Shown here piece after piece: positions 1-8,886 of a DNA stretch of 32,000 bases. The DNA comes from Erysipelothrix larvae (lineage in GTDB: Bacteria; Bacillota_I; Bacilli_A; Erysipelotrichales; Erysipelotrichaceae), in NCBI RefSeq assembly GCF_001545095.1, contig NZ_CP013213.1, positions 1,650,001 to 1,682,000 on the forward strand, given 5' to 3'. The notes beneath the pieces were generated by a model. The model ran no database searches. It was given only the letters and a program-made list of their open reading frames with translations, and was not told the origin of the DNA. The translations under genes and the position numbers were made by a program. Every line of letters begins with the position of its first letter. Positions within the stretch are counted from its first letter, which is position 1.

Positions 1-728
1 TCAATTTCTTCTTTTTCTTTCGCGTATGCACCCATCAGGTCGGCGTGCAGTCGGGCAATACTTTGGGGTTCAAAGTAGACCGATTGACCACTTGCAGAGT
101 ATCCATACACTGTTCCATCAAACTTGTTTTTATCACTGTTACGAATTAAAAAGGTACGGCGACCTTGATGTAAGGTTACAACAGGCTCCGCTAAAATGTC
201 TTTATTTTTGGATAGAAACTCCTGTGTTTTAGCTTCAAGGCTTTGTTTCTTTTGTGCGATTTCTTTTCGAACGTCTCGTAAAGTGTCACTGGCACGATCT
301 AAGACTTCAGATGTCTCAGAGAAACAATGGTCAATGTGATTTAGTAAGTGTTGATTAATTACAATACTTTCAAACAAATCTTCCAAGGGTTCAAACGATT
401 CTTCAAGACTTTGGAATTGTTTTTTTAGGCGTTGTGACCCTTGCATAAAGCGACCCGTAAAGACAATCTCTTCAATTGAAAGCACCCCGCCTTTTGAGGC
501 ACGGATGAGATGTGGGGTAATATCACGAATTCCACCAAAGGATAATGGACCAAACTTGATCAGCAAGTCCATGGCACTTCGCAATCGAGTCAGTTCACGT
601 TGTGTATTTAAACGCGAAAAAGAAGGTTCACTCTCAAGGACCCTCTTTTTACCCAGTGAAAACGCAGCACGCGAAGCAACGCGTTCACATATTTTGTCAA
701 ATTCTAAGCGATTATATAGATCATTCAT
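1..728 (-). CDS. mutS2: Endonuclease MutS2, N-terminal ~242 codons (gene continues past the left edge)
   Basis: My own minus-strand translation from ATG 728-726: MNDLYNRLEFDKICERVASRAAFSLGKKRVLESEP...FGGIRDI...EVLDRASDTLRDVRKEI...FLIRNSDKNKFDGTVYGYSASGQSVYFEPQSI. It stays open to position 1, so it is absent from the ORF track (no stop in window). It is colinear with the Bacillus MutS2 N-terminus as I remember it (LEF.K...SSLGK, FGG..DI, ASE.LR.IR, SSSG.T.FIEPQ). The start overlaps the cvpA stop by 8 nt. Confidence 0.85.
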   Translation of the reverse strand, partial: MNDLYNRLEFDKICERVASRAAFSLGKKRVLESEPSFSRLNTQRELTRLRSAMDLLIKFGPLSFGGIRDITPHLIRASKGGVLSIEEIVFTGRFMQGSQRLKKQFQSLEESFEPLEDLFESIVINQHLLNHIDHCFSETSEVLDRASDTLRDVRKEIAQKKQSLEAKTQEFLSKNKDILAEPVVTLHQGRRTFLIRNSDKNKFDGTVYGYSASGQSVYFEPQSIARLHADLMGAYAKEKEEI

Positions 729-1386
729 AGTGATTTAAAAACTCCCTAATCGCACTGTCAGTAAATCCTTGAGACTGAAGCCACAACACCATTTGATCTT
801 CTTGTTGTTGGGTTAAGCTGCGGTTTGTGAGAATTGATTGCAGTGCACTATTTTTATTTAATTCATCATTCACAGTCGAAATCAGTGGGCTTGTGATATT
901 ACGAATCGGCCCTAATACTGTTTTATCCACAACTACCTGGCCATTGGACACAATTGGAAGGGATAAAAATACAATCAGTAAAAGCACGTAGACGCAATAG
1001 ACAACCACACTAAAAATGCCACCTGCAACGGAATTAACTTGTTTAATAAGAGGCATTTTTGAAATCAAGGATGCAAGTGGTGTAACCACAAGCAAGATAA
1101 TACGGATCAGAATCAGTAAGATTCCAAACCACGCAAGTTGGTTTAAGGATGCATTTAAAGAGGTGTCAAGCGCTTCAATCTGAGTTGCTTCAACACTCAC
1201 AAGGGAAATGATGCGCGCAAACACTGGTGAAAATAACCATGCAACGATTGCGGATACACCCCAAGATATTAAATCGAGTACTTGTAAAAGGAATCCCTTT
1301 TTATAGCCTCGATAAAGGACAAACAAAAATAGCAATACCAATAGTGGGTTTATATACAGTATAATAGGTTCTGGAATCGAGAACAT
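721..1386 (-). CDS. cvpA: CvpA-family (YshB-like) integral membrane protein
   Basis: 221-aa track ORF with several hydrophobic helices (LLVLLFLFVLY, GVSAIVAWLFSPVFA, WFGILLILIRIILLVV, GGIFSVVVYCVYVLLLIVFL). It sits between divergent rnhC and downstream mutS2, as yshB does in Bacillus. Confidence 0.7.
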   Translation of the reverse strand: MFSIPEPIILYINPLLVLLFLFVLYRGYKKGFLLQVLDLISWGVSAIVAWLFSPVFARIISLVSVEATQIEALDTSLNASLNQLAWFGILLILIRIILLVVTPLASLISKMPLIKQVNSVAGGIFSVVVYCVYVLLLIVFLSLPIVSNGQVVVDKTVLGPIRNITSPLISTVNDELNKNSALQSILTNRSLTQQQEDQMVLWLQSQGFTDSAIREFLNHYE

Positions 1387-1465
1387 GGACCTTCACTCCT
1401 TATCTTATTTTATTATACACAACATTTCTCTTTTAAAAAAGGGAGATATCGTCTATATTATTAGT

Positions 1466-2341
1466 ATGGAAACTAAATCACTGACATTAACTCAAAAACA
1501 AATCGATGACTTAAAGGTGCGTCATAAGGATGCATCCTTTCGTTATGATATCGCGCATACGCAATTTCAACTCAAAGGTTCAGATTACACCATCACAGTT
1601 TACACTTCTTGTAAAGTGGTGTTTCAAGGTGAGAATTTGGATCTAATCCTTTCACCCTATGCACCCACATCCTCATCCAAACCATCCACTAAACCCCTCA
1701 CACCACACCTACCCATGGCAGGCAGTGATGAAGTGGGGACCGGTGATTATTTTGGTCCGGTTACAGTGTGTGCATGTATTGTGACGCAAGAAAATGCCAA
1801 CCACTTACCTTTAGACTTAATCCTTGATTCAAAGCTGATGAAGGATGATGTCATCATGAACATTGCACCGCAATTAATGGATGTTTTGGACTATAGCTTG
1901 TTGATTCTTGACAACAAGACCTATAATGACACCCATAAAATCTATAACTTAAACCAAATTAAGGCACGCTTACACAATCAAGCCTATCTTCATCTCTCTA
2001 AAAAAGCACCCATGCCACCCCTTGCAGTTGTGGATCAGTTCATGCCAAAAGATGCTTATTACAAAGCACTTAAAGGCATTGATGCATACACGCCGCTTCA
2101 TTTTGAAACCAAGGCGGAACAAAAATACCTTGCAGTGGCCTGTGCTTCAATCATTGCGCGTTATGCCTTTTTACACGCCATAGAAAAAATGGGAACCCAC
2201 TATGATTGTACGTTCCCAAAAGGCGCTGGAGCGCATGTTGATGTGTTTGGTCAGCAGTTTGTGAAACGCTTTGGTGAACACGTCCTTTACGACGTGGCTA
2301 AAACTCACTTCAAGAACACCCAACGCATTATAGGCTCTTAA
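1466..2341 (+). CDS. rnhC: Ribonuclease HIII
   Basis: Catalytic motif GSDEVGTGDYFGP plus an N-terminal domain ending in KVVFQG, as in Bacillus RnhC. The track ORF starts at 1385, but that start lies inside or abuts the divergent cvpA. The METKSLTLTQ start (ATG 1466) aligns with RNase HIII N-termini. There is no well-spaced SD (GGGAG is 20 nt upstream), so the start is uncertain. Confidence 0.85.
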   Translation: METKSLTLTQKQIDDLKVRHKDASFRYDIAHTQFQLKGSDYTITVYTSCKVVFQGENLDLILSPYAPTSSSKPSTKPLTPHLPMAGSDEVGTGDYFGPVTVCACIVTQENANHLPLDLILDSKLMKDDVIMNIAPQLMDVLDYSLLILDNKTYNDTHKIYNLNQIKARLHNQAYLHLSKKAPMPPLAVVDQFMPKDAYYKALKGIDAYTPLHFETKAEQKYLAVACASIIARYAFLHAIEKMGTHYDCTFPKGAGAHVDVFGQQFVKRFGEHVLYDVAKTHFKNTQRIIGS

Positions 2342-2807
2342 GCTCAACTGACACCCGCTTGGGTGTTTTTCTTAAGGTAATTCCTGCTTGTGCAAGCATG
2401 GATTTTGATGCAAGGACTGCGTCTGTTTCAGCATACTTATCATCTTCATACACGACTTCTTTAATGCCTGCTTGAATGATTGCTTTCGCACATTCATTGC
2501 ATGGAAATAATGAAACATATAAAGAACAATCTTTTAGGTTTCGGGTTGCATTGAGAATCGCATTCAATTCAGCATGAACGACATATGCATATTTTGAATG
2601 CAAGAAATCGCCTTCACGTTCCCACGGAAATTCATCATCACTGATGCCAGCAGGAAAGCCATTGTATCCAATCCCAACAATGCGTTTGTTTGGATCAACA
2701 ATCACAGCCCCTACTTGTGTCGATGGATCTTTTGATCGAAAGGCAGATAAATGTGCCAAGCCCATGAAATATTCATCCCATGAAATGGCATTTAAACGTT
2801 TTCCCAT
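2328..2807 (-). CDS. comEB: Deoxycytidylate (dCMP) deaminase, ComEB-type
   Basis: 159 aa with the zinc-binding cytidine/deoxycytidylate deaminase motifs HAELNAI and PCNECAKAI. SD AAGGAG lies upstream of ATG 2807. Confidence 0.9.
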   Translation of the reverse strand: MGKRLNAISWDEYFMGLAHLSAFRSKDPSTQVGAVIVDPNKRIVGIGYNGFPAGISDDEFPWEREGDFLHSKYAYVVHAELNAILNATRNLKDCSLYVSLFPCNECAKAIIQAGIKEVVYEDDKYAETDAVLASKSMLAQAGITLRKTPKRVSVELKSL

Positions 2808-2819
2808 AGTCTATACTCC

Positions 2820-4022
2820 TTATTTTAGTAGTAAGTTTCGCAAATGCAATGCGTAATCTTTAAATCCAAATTCATACACTGTGTTGATAAAGTTTAAATC
2901 AAACATTGAAGGTTCGATGTAGTGATTGCGTGTGAGGACCATCCCCACCAATCCCACACAGGTGAGACAAAATATCGCAAGGGTTCCTTTTCGTAAGGTT
3001 GCCCAATCTTGGCGTCTTGAGAAAATAAACCCAAAGAAGATTCCCACAAACAAGCCACCAGCATGTGCTGTAAAGCTTACATTTGGAAGTAAACTGATAA
3101 ATAAGTTTACCCCAATAATTGAAATCATTTGGTTTCGAACCAGTGGGTTTTTATACATATCGGTTTCATACATCATAATCGCAAAGGCACCAAACAAGGC
3201 ATAAATCCCTGCACTCATTCCTACACCAATCATGGAGTCTTCACGTAAGAATACAAAGACATTTCCCATAATGACTCCCAAAAATAGGATCAAAAGATAG
3301 CGTCCTGTTTTCAAGCGTGGTTCTAAGATGCGACCAATACTTCGTAATGCATACACATTCATCAAGAGGTGTATAAATGAAGCGTGCAAGAACATCGGGG
3401 TTAAAAAACGCCAAAATTCATAGGCTTTTGAAATAAGCGGTTTGTAATATGCACCCAGCATAACCACTGAGAGTTCAAGGGTTACCCCTTGTGATATCAG
3501 ATAGTTTGTGGCGATAAATCCAATCAACGCTAAGATGATCACAATCATGGTTCCCATGGTGTTTTTAATCATAGACCGTTGTTGTTCTTTACGCATGCGT
3601 GTGTGAATGCGATCCATAATGACTGTGCGTGCGCGTTGCAGGTTCACATTTTGTAAGGGATGCATTTCCCCTTGAATTTTAGGGTAACGGGTTGCAAAGT
3701 TTGTATCGGATATGCGTGTGGGTGTTACCAATACAAAATCATCCGCATCATCAAAGTCTTGTTCATTCACAGTGATAAAAAGCCCAGGTCGTGTTGTTTT
3801 CACAAGCAGCGATAAGGTTGCGTGAATTTGCTTGATTTCAAAGCGATTGACTTCCTTGATACTTTGCGCTGAAATCATGATAATGGGAACCTGTGCTTCG
3901 TTTTCATTAATCAGCCAGGTTTGAGATATTTCTTGTGATAATGTCACCAGTTTATACCCATGTGATTTCATAAAGTAATCAGTAAGTTCTAATGCCCATA
4001 CATCTAAATCTCGTAATGCCAC
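2820..4022 (-). CDS. Rhomboid-family intramembrane serine protease with ~165-aa cytoplasmic N-terminal domain
   Basis: 400 aa with rhomboid hallmarks: EFWRF (WR motif in loop L1), HASFIHLLMN (HxxxN), GMSAGIYALFG (GxSxG catalytic Ser) and AHAGGLFVG (catalytic His). GTG start at 4022 is preceded by GAGGGGGG and overlaps the rluD stop by 1 nt. Confidence 0.85.
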   Translation of the reverse strand: MALRDLDVWALELTDYFMKSHGYKLVTLSQEISQTWLINENEAQVPIIMISAQSIKEVNRFEIKQIHATLSLLVKTTRPGLFITVNEQDFDDADDFVLVTPTRISDTNFATRYPKIQGEMHPLQNVNLQRARTVIMDRIHTRMRKEQQRSMIKNTMGTMIVIILALIGFIATNYLISQGVTLELSVVMLGAYYKPLISKAYEFWRFLTPMFLHASFIHLLMNVYALRSIGRILEPRLKTGRYLLILFLGVIMGNVFVFLREDSMIGVGMSAGIYALFGAFAIMMYETDMYKNPLVRNQMISIIGVNLFISLLPNVSFTAHAGGLFVGIFFGFIFSRRQDWATLRKGTLAIFCLTCVGLVGMVLTRNHYIEPSMFDLNFINTVYEFGFKDYALHLRNLLLK

Positions 4023-4936
4023 TATACATCCCCCCTCACGGTATCTAAAAATGCTTGAAGTTGGTGGGGGATTTCGACTTCAAAATGAAGGGGTTCACCC
4101 GTAATCGGATGATTTAAGGTGAGTGCATAAGCATGCAACCATTGACCCCCAATATCCGGTGTGTTTCGATAGCTGTAGGTCTTATCCCCAACAATTGGAT
4201 GGTTAATGTATTTACAATGCACCCGAATCTGATGGGTTCGTCCGGTTTCAAGTTCACAGCGAATTAAACTCATGTCTTCTTGCGCATAGTTTTCAATCAC
4301 AAACATCCGTGTTGTTGCAGGTTTTGAATTCACATCCGTTACTGCCATGCGTTGACGATGCTTTGGATCACGTCCAATCGGCGCATCCACTAAGATGGAC
4401 TGATGTTCCATGACATGATGAACCAGTGCCATATATTCACGTTTTATTAAGTGTTCTTTTAAGTCTTCCACAAGTTTTTCATGGGCTTCATTTGTTTTCG
4501 CAACCACCAATAATCCAGAAGTATCTTTATCAATACGATGGACAATACCTGGTCTTAGTTCCCCATTAATATCGCTGAGTTGATCTGTATAGGCTAAAAG
4601 ACCATGCACTAAGGTAGGACGGTCTAAGGTTGTCATGGATGGATGAACCACCATATCACGGGGTTTATTAATGATAAGTAAATGGTCGTCTTCATACACA
4701 ATGTCTAAGTCCATGTTTACTGGAGCAAGGGTTGTATCAACCACTTCAACGTGAAACTGGACAACATCGCCTTCGCGAAGTCGCGTGTTTGCTTTTGAAG
4801 GGGAGCCATTGACATTGACATTTCCTTTTTTAATCCATGATTGAATGACGCTGCGTGATGTATTCTCAACCATTTGCGCTAAAAACACATCCAACCGTTC
4901 ATTATCATATTCAAGTTCTACAATGAGCTTAATCAT
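4022..4936 (-). CDS. rluD: 23S rRNA pseudouridine synthase, RluD/RluA family
   Basis: S4-like N-terminus (ERLDVFLAQ) and catalytic motif HRIDKDTSGLLVVAKT. I prefer the start at MIKLIV (ATG 4936) because it forms an ATGA overlap with the lspA stop. The track ORF (to 5005) extends into lspA. Confidence 0.85.
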   Translation of the reverse strand: MIKLIVELEYDNERLDVFLAQMVENTSRSVIQSWIKKGNVNVNGSPSKANTRLREGDVVQFHVEVVDTTLAPVNMDLDIVYEDDHLLIINKPRDMVVHPSMTTLDRPTLVHGLLAYTDQLSDINGELRPGIVHRIDKDTSGLLVVAKTNEAHEKLVEDLKEHLIKREYMALVHHVMEHQSILVDAPIGRDPKHRQRMAVTDVNSKPATTRMFVIENYAQEDMSLIRCELETGRTHQIRVHCKYINHPIVGDKTYSYRNTPDIGGQWLHAYALTLNHPITGEPLHFEVEIPHQLQAFLDTVRGDV

Positions 4937-5397
4937 AACGTCCCACCCTTCTTGTCTTCTAAGTAAGTATAAATAAACACCAGCGCTACGCCAATTACCA
5001 TGCATGCATCCGCCACATTAAATACTGGGAACCAGTATCCAAAGAGGTTAAACGAAAACATATCACGCACAAAATTGAACACAACTCTGTCATAAAGATT
5101 GCCTAAATTTCCCGCAAATGCTAATGCAAGTCCAGTTAGTAACACCATGTTGGTTTGCTTCACAAAATAATAAGCAATCACACATGCCACAACAATACTC
5201 ACAACAATCACGATGGGTCCCAATCCTTCAAAAAGACTCCATGCGGACCCTGTATTTTTTAAGTAAGTGATGTAAAAAAAGTTTGGAATTACTTGAATTC
5301 TTTCATTGACTCCGACGCTTGTTTGAACCACTGCCTTAGACCAAAGGTCAAGCACTAACAAACCAACCGAAATCACACATAAGATTAATTTCTTCAT
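4933..5397 (-). CDS. lspA: Lipoprotein signal peptidase (signal peptidase II)
   Basis: 154 aa with four hydrophobic segments and conserved NxGxAW/FNxAD-type motifs (KNTGSAWSLF, VFNVADACMVIG). Classical lspA-rluD pairing. Confidence 0.9.
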   Translation of the reverse strand: MKKLILCVISVGLLVLDLWSKAVVQTSVGVNERIQVIPNFFYITYLKNTGSAWSLFEGLGPIVIVVSIVVACVIAYYFVKQTNMVLLTGLALAFAGNLGNLYDRVVFNFVRDMFSFNLFGYWFPVFNVADACMVIGVALVFIYTYLEDKKGGTL

Positions 5398-5417
5398 ATA
5401 CGCCTCATTTCTTGGTA

Positions 5418-5426
5418 ATTATAACA
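5418..5426 (-). promoter_or_regulatory. Possible extended -10 promoter (TGT-TATAAT) in front of lspA
   Basis: Minus strand reads TGTTATAAT 21-29 nt upstream of the lspA ATG. I see no convincing -35. lspA may also be read through from the pncA-like gene. Confidence 0.35.
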
Positions 5427-5447
5427 CACATTGGGACGTGATGAAGT

Positions 5448-5960
5448 TTAAATTACCTCAACTTGAATCCCCTCAAGGATACTCAACACTTCAGTATGCC
5501 TTTTTTCATCAAAACTTGCGGTTAATGTATGATCAACCACGATTCTTGCTTCGGGAAGTGCCGCTTTAGAAAGCACTGCATTGGATAAAACACAGATATT
5601 GGACACTAAGCCACACAGTTCAACCTCATCATAAGTTTGAGTGTTGAGCCACACACCAAATTCCAACGATCCAAAGGTTGGTTTATCAAACACATGGGAA
5701 GCATACTGAGTTAATGATTCTTCAATTTCCCACCCATGAGTGCCTTTGATACAATGTTTGATTGGAAGCTTTGAACCTTCTTGAGTATTGAGATAGTTTT
5801 CGTCATGGGTATCACGGGTGAAAACGACATCGCCCCCGTGTTGAAGGGTTTCTTCAATACGCGCTTTAATTAACGGTGCCAGTGATTTCGCACCATCAAA
5901 TCCTAAACTTCCATCAATAAAATCATGTTGATAATCCACTACAACCAAAAGTTTTTTCAT
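5448..5960 (-). CDS. pncA: Isochorismatase-family cysteine hydrolase, nicotinamidase (PncA)-like
   Basis: 170 aa. N-terminal VVVDYQHDF (catalytic Asp), DTHDENY and LPIKHCIKGTHGWE (metal/substrate motifs resembling PncA WPxHCVxxTxGA), DKPTFG (Lys) and CGLVSNICV (nucleophile Cys). Substrate assignment is by resemblance only. Confidence 0.6.
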   Translation of the reverse strand: MKKLLVVVDYQHDFIDGSLGFDGAKSLAPLIKARIEETLQHGGDVVFTRDTHDENYLNTQEGSKLPIKHCIKGTHGWEIEESLTQYASHVFDKPTFGSLEFGVWLNTQTYDEVELCGLVSNICVLSNAVLSKAALPEARIVVDHTLTASFDEKRHTEVLSILEGIQVEVI

Positions 5961-5972
5961 ACATTCCTCTTT

Positions 5973-5995
5973 GGTATCATCCCATTGATGATACC
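5973..5995 (-). promoter_or_regulatory. Perfect 9-5-9 palindrome GGTATCATC-N5-GATGATACC in the pncA-like leader (operator or 5'-UTR hairpin)
   Basis: Read directly from the sequence. It lies between a TGG-TACAAT extended -10 (6025-6033) and the SD/ATG (5960). Confidence 0.5.
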
Positions 5996-6024
5996 ACTCC
6001 TTTCATCTGTCTTTTTATAGTTTA

Positions 6025-6033
6025 ATTGTACCA
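6025..6033 (-). promoter_or_regulatory. Extended -10 promoter element (TGG-TACAAT) for the pncA-like gene
   Basis: Minus strand reads TGGTACAAT. No good -35 hexamer is visible. Confidence 0.4.
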
Positions 6034-6065
6034 CAATTTAAATAAATGACTGGGGTTCACCCACC

Positions 6066-6094
6066 CATAAAACAAAACAGGGAAATCCCTGTTT
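6066..6094 (-). terminator. Intrinsic terminator ending the pur operon
   Basis: Minus strand reads AAACAGGG-AUUU-CCCUGUUU followed by UGUUUUAU. It starts 7 nt after the purD stop. Confidence 0.7.
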
Positions 6095-6100
6095 GAGTGT

Positions 6101-7351
6101 TTAAGAATTGTGAAACCCGATATCGCGTCGATAAAACAGTGCATCACAGTCGATCTTATCAATTTCTTGGTAGAGCATGGCTTGGGCTTTTTGTAAGGTA
6201 TCGGCGCGAGCCGTTACAAAAAGAACACGTCCACCTGTTGCAATCACACCGTGATCATTGCGTGTGGTTCCCATATGGAATACTGGTGTCTTGAGTGTCT
6301 CTAAGCCTTTAATCACAGCCCCCTTTTGATAAGCATCGGGATACCCTTGGCTTGCTAAAACGGCTCCAATCACGTAGTCTTTGGTCCATTGTAGTTCCGT
6401 TTTTTTCCCGCTCATTAAGTCCATAATGACCTGGTAGAGATCACTTTCAAGGGCTAACATTAAGACTTCAGTTTCAGGATCACCAAAACGTACATTAAAC
6501 TCGATAACTTGAATGCCGTCTTTGGTTTTCATGAGCCCTGCATAAAGTACCCCGGTATAAGGATGACCTTGATTTAGAAGTGTTGAAACGATGGGTTTTA
6601 CTACATCATTAAGGGCACAGTTCAAATCATCATCCGTAATGGAATCAACAGGGGTATAGGCTCCCATACCGCCTGTATTCGGCCCTTCATCATGATCAAA
6701 AGCCCGCTTGTGATCTTGAGATACTTGTAGGGGGATTATTGTGTCATGGGACACTAGGCATAAGTAGGAGAATTCTTCACCTTCTAAGAAGTCTTCAATC
6801 ACCACGACATTGCCTGCATCCTCAAATTTGTTATGTGTCATCATGTGGTGCAGTTCAGATTCTGCATCTTCAAAGCAGTTCACAATCACAACCCCTTTTC
6901 CAGCTGCAAGACCGGATGCCTTTAAGACAAGGGGATAGGTTTTGGTTTTGGCATAGGCGATGGCCTGTGTGACATCGTCAAAGGTTTCATAACCGGCCGT
7001 TTTGATATTGGCCTGTTTCATCATTTCTTTCGCAAATGCTTTTGAGCCTTCAAGGTTTGCACAATACTTTGAAGGTCCAAACACACAAATGTTTGTGTCT
7101 TTAAATGCATCCTGTATACCCTGTACCAGTGGAATCTCTGGGCCCACCACCACAAGGTCAATGGCATGTTTTAGGGCAAATGCTTTAAGTGCTTCAAAGT
7201 CAAGTGCATCAATGTCCACTAAGGTTGCGACATCGTCCATGCATGGTGAACCTGGCGCAATATAGACAGTTTCAACCGATGGGCTTTGATTAAAGCGGGT
7301 GGCAAGGGCGTGTTCACGTCCCCCACTTCCGACAACTAATACGCGTCCCAT
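6101..7351 (-). CDS. purD: Phosphoribosylamine-glycine ligase (GAR synthetase)
   Basis: 416 aa. MGRVLVVGSGGREHAL N-terminus and ATP-grasp core (GLAAGKGV, NTGGMGAY). The start overlaps the purH stop (TGATG). Confidence 0.95.
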   Translation of the reverse strand: MGRVLVVGSGGREHALATRFNQSPSVETVYIAPGSPCMDDVATLVDIDALDFEALKAFALKHAIDLVVVGPEIPLVQGIQDAFKDTNICVFGPSKYCANLEGSKAFAKEMMKQANIKTAGYETFDDVTQAIAYAKTKTYPLVLKASGLAAGKGVVIVNCFEDAESELHHMMTHNKFEDAGNVVVIEDFLEGEEFSYLCLVSHDTIIPLQVSQDHKRAFDHDEGPNTGGMGAYTPVDSITDDDLNCALNDVVKPIVSTLLNQGHPYTGVLYAGLMKTKDGIQVIEFNVRFGDPETEVLMLALESDLYQVIMDLMSGKKTELQWTKDYVIGAVLASQGYPDAYQKGAVIKGLETLKTPVFHMGTTRNDHGVIATGGRVLFVTARADTLQKAQAMLYQEIDKIDCDALFYRRDIGFHNS

Positions 7352-8886
7352 CAGTGTTTAAAGTGCCTTTCACCTGTTATGACCATGGCAATCTGTGCTT
7401 CATTGCATGCATCAATGGATTCTTGGTCTTTAATGGAACCGCCTGGTTGAATGATTGTTTTAATGCCATACTGTGCAGCTAAATCAACCGTATCACGCAT
7501 TGGGAAGAATGCATCTGAGGCCAAGACTGCACCTTTTGCTTTTTCACCGGCTTGATTTAGCGCAATCTGTGCTGCACCTACTCGGTTCATTTGTCCTGCA
7601 CCGATGCCTACGGTTTGCGTACCATTCACCACAACGATTGCATTACTCTTCACATGCTTCACAACTTTTTGGGCAAACAAGACGCTATTGAGATCGTGGG
7701 GATCTAGGGGTGTTTGGGTTACACATTGAATTGAATCGGGTGTGGGTGCGTGGGTATCACGTGCTTGCACAAGCAGTCCCCCATTCACAGACTTAAATTC
7801 ATGATTCGCCAATGGCCCTTCTGTTTTATATTCCAACAATCTTAGATTCTTTTTCTTACTAAGCAGTGTCAGCGCATCGTCATCAAAAGCTGGTGCTAAA
7901 ATGATTTCTAAAAAGATGGCGGATAGTTTTTGTGCGACTTCTAAAGTGACACTGTGATTAAATGCCACGATTCCACCAAAGATACTGACGGGATCGCCTG
8001 CATAAGCTTTATCAAACGCTTCATTCACATCCTTCCCACATGCTATGGCACAGGGGTTCATGTGTTTCACCGCAACACAGACACAATCATGTTTAAATTC
8101 TTCTACCATATTTAAGGCAGCATTTCCATCTTGAATGTTATTATAGGATAATGCTTTCCCATGCAATTGTTTTGCACTGGCCAAAGCATAGCTTTCTGTG
8201 TGTGCACTTGCGTAAAACTGAGCATCTTGATGTGGATTTTCTCCATATCGTAAGGATGCGTTTAACTCATATCCAAGGGTCAATGGGGATGTGACGGGTT
8301 CTTCACACTGTTCATTCAGATACGCTGCAATCAATGTGTCATAATAGGCAGTACTTGCATAGACCTTGGTCGCAAGATGGCGTCTAAAGGATTCAGTCGT
8401 GTTTTGATGCATCGAAATTTCTTCTAAAACACGGGTGTAATCGTGGGGATCAATGATGACGGTGACATCTCTAAAGTTTTTCGCAGCACTTCTGAGCATT
8501 GAAGGGCCCCCAATGTCAATTTGTTCAACCGCTTCTTCTAAGACCACCCCTTCTTTAGCGATGGTTTCTTTAAACGGATATAGGTTAACTGCCACAAGGT
8601 CGATGGGTTTAATGCCATGTTTTTCCATGGCTTTGATGTGGGATGGGTTGTCTCTAAGTCCCAATAACCCGCCATGAATGAGCGGGTGCAGTGTTTTGAC
8701 ACGACCATCCATCATTTCTTCAAATCCTGTGACATCTTCAACACTTAATAACCCTGTGAGTCCATGGTCTTCCAGGTATTGTTTCGTTGACCCTGTCGCA
8801 ATGATTTCATAATCCTGTGATAGCAATCCTTGTGCAAATTCCACAAGACCGCTTCGATTACTGACACTTAATAAGGCGCGTTTCAT
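7351..8886 (-). CDS. purH: Bifunctional AICAR transformylase / IMP cyclohydrolase
   Basis: 511 aa. MGS-like N-terminal domain (KRALLSVSNRSG, GGRVKTLHP-like MDGRVKTLHP) and AICARFT C-terminal domain (QPGGSIKDQESI). Confidence 0.95.
   Translation of the reverse strand: MKRALLSVSNRSGLVEFAQGLLSQDYEIIATGSTKQYLEDHGLTGLLSVEDVTGFEEMMDGRVKTLHPLIHGGLLGLRDNPSHIKAMEKHGIKPIDLVAVNLYPFKETIAKEGVVLEEAVEQIDIGGPSMLRSAAKNFRDVTVIIDPHDYTRVLEEISMHQNTTESFRRHLATKVYASTAYYDTLIAAYLNEQCEEPVTSPLTLGYELNASLRYGENPHQDAQFYASAHTESYALASAKQLHGKALSYNNIQDGNAALNMVEEFKHDCVCVAVKHMNPCAIACGKDVNEAFDKAYAGDPVSIFGGIVAFNHSVTLEVAQKLSAIFLEIILAPAFDDDALTLLSKKKNLRLLEYKTEGPLANHEFKSVNGGLLVQARDTHAPTPDSIQCVTQTPLDPHDLNSVLFAQKVVKHVKSNAIVVVNGTQTVGIGAGQMNRVGAAQIALNQAGEKAKGAVLASDAFFPMRDTVDLAAQYGIKTIIQPGGSIKDQESIDACNEAQIAMVITGERHFKH

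Noticed and set aside
26-738. Track ORFs 26..232 (+) and 505..738 (+)
   Set aside because: Both lie antisense to a continuous, clearly MutS2-like minus-strand reading frame. They have no SD and an unprotein-like composition.
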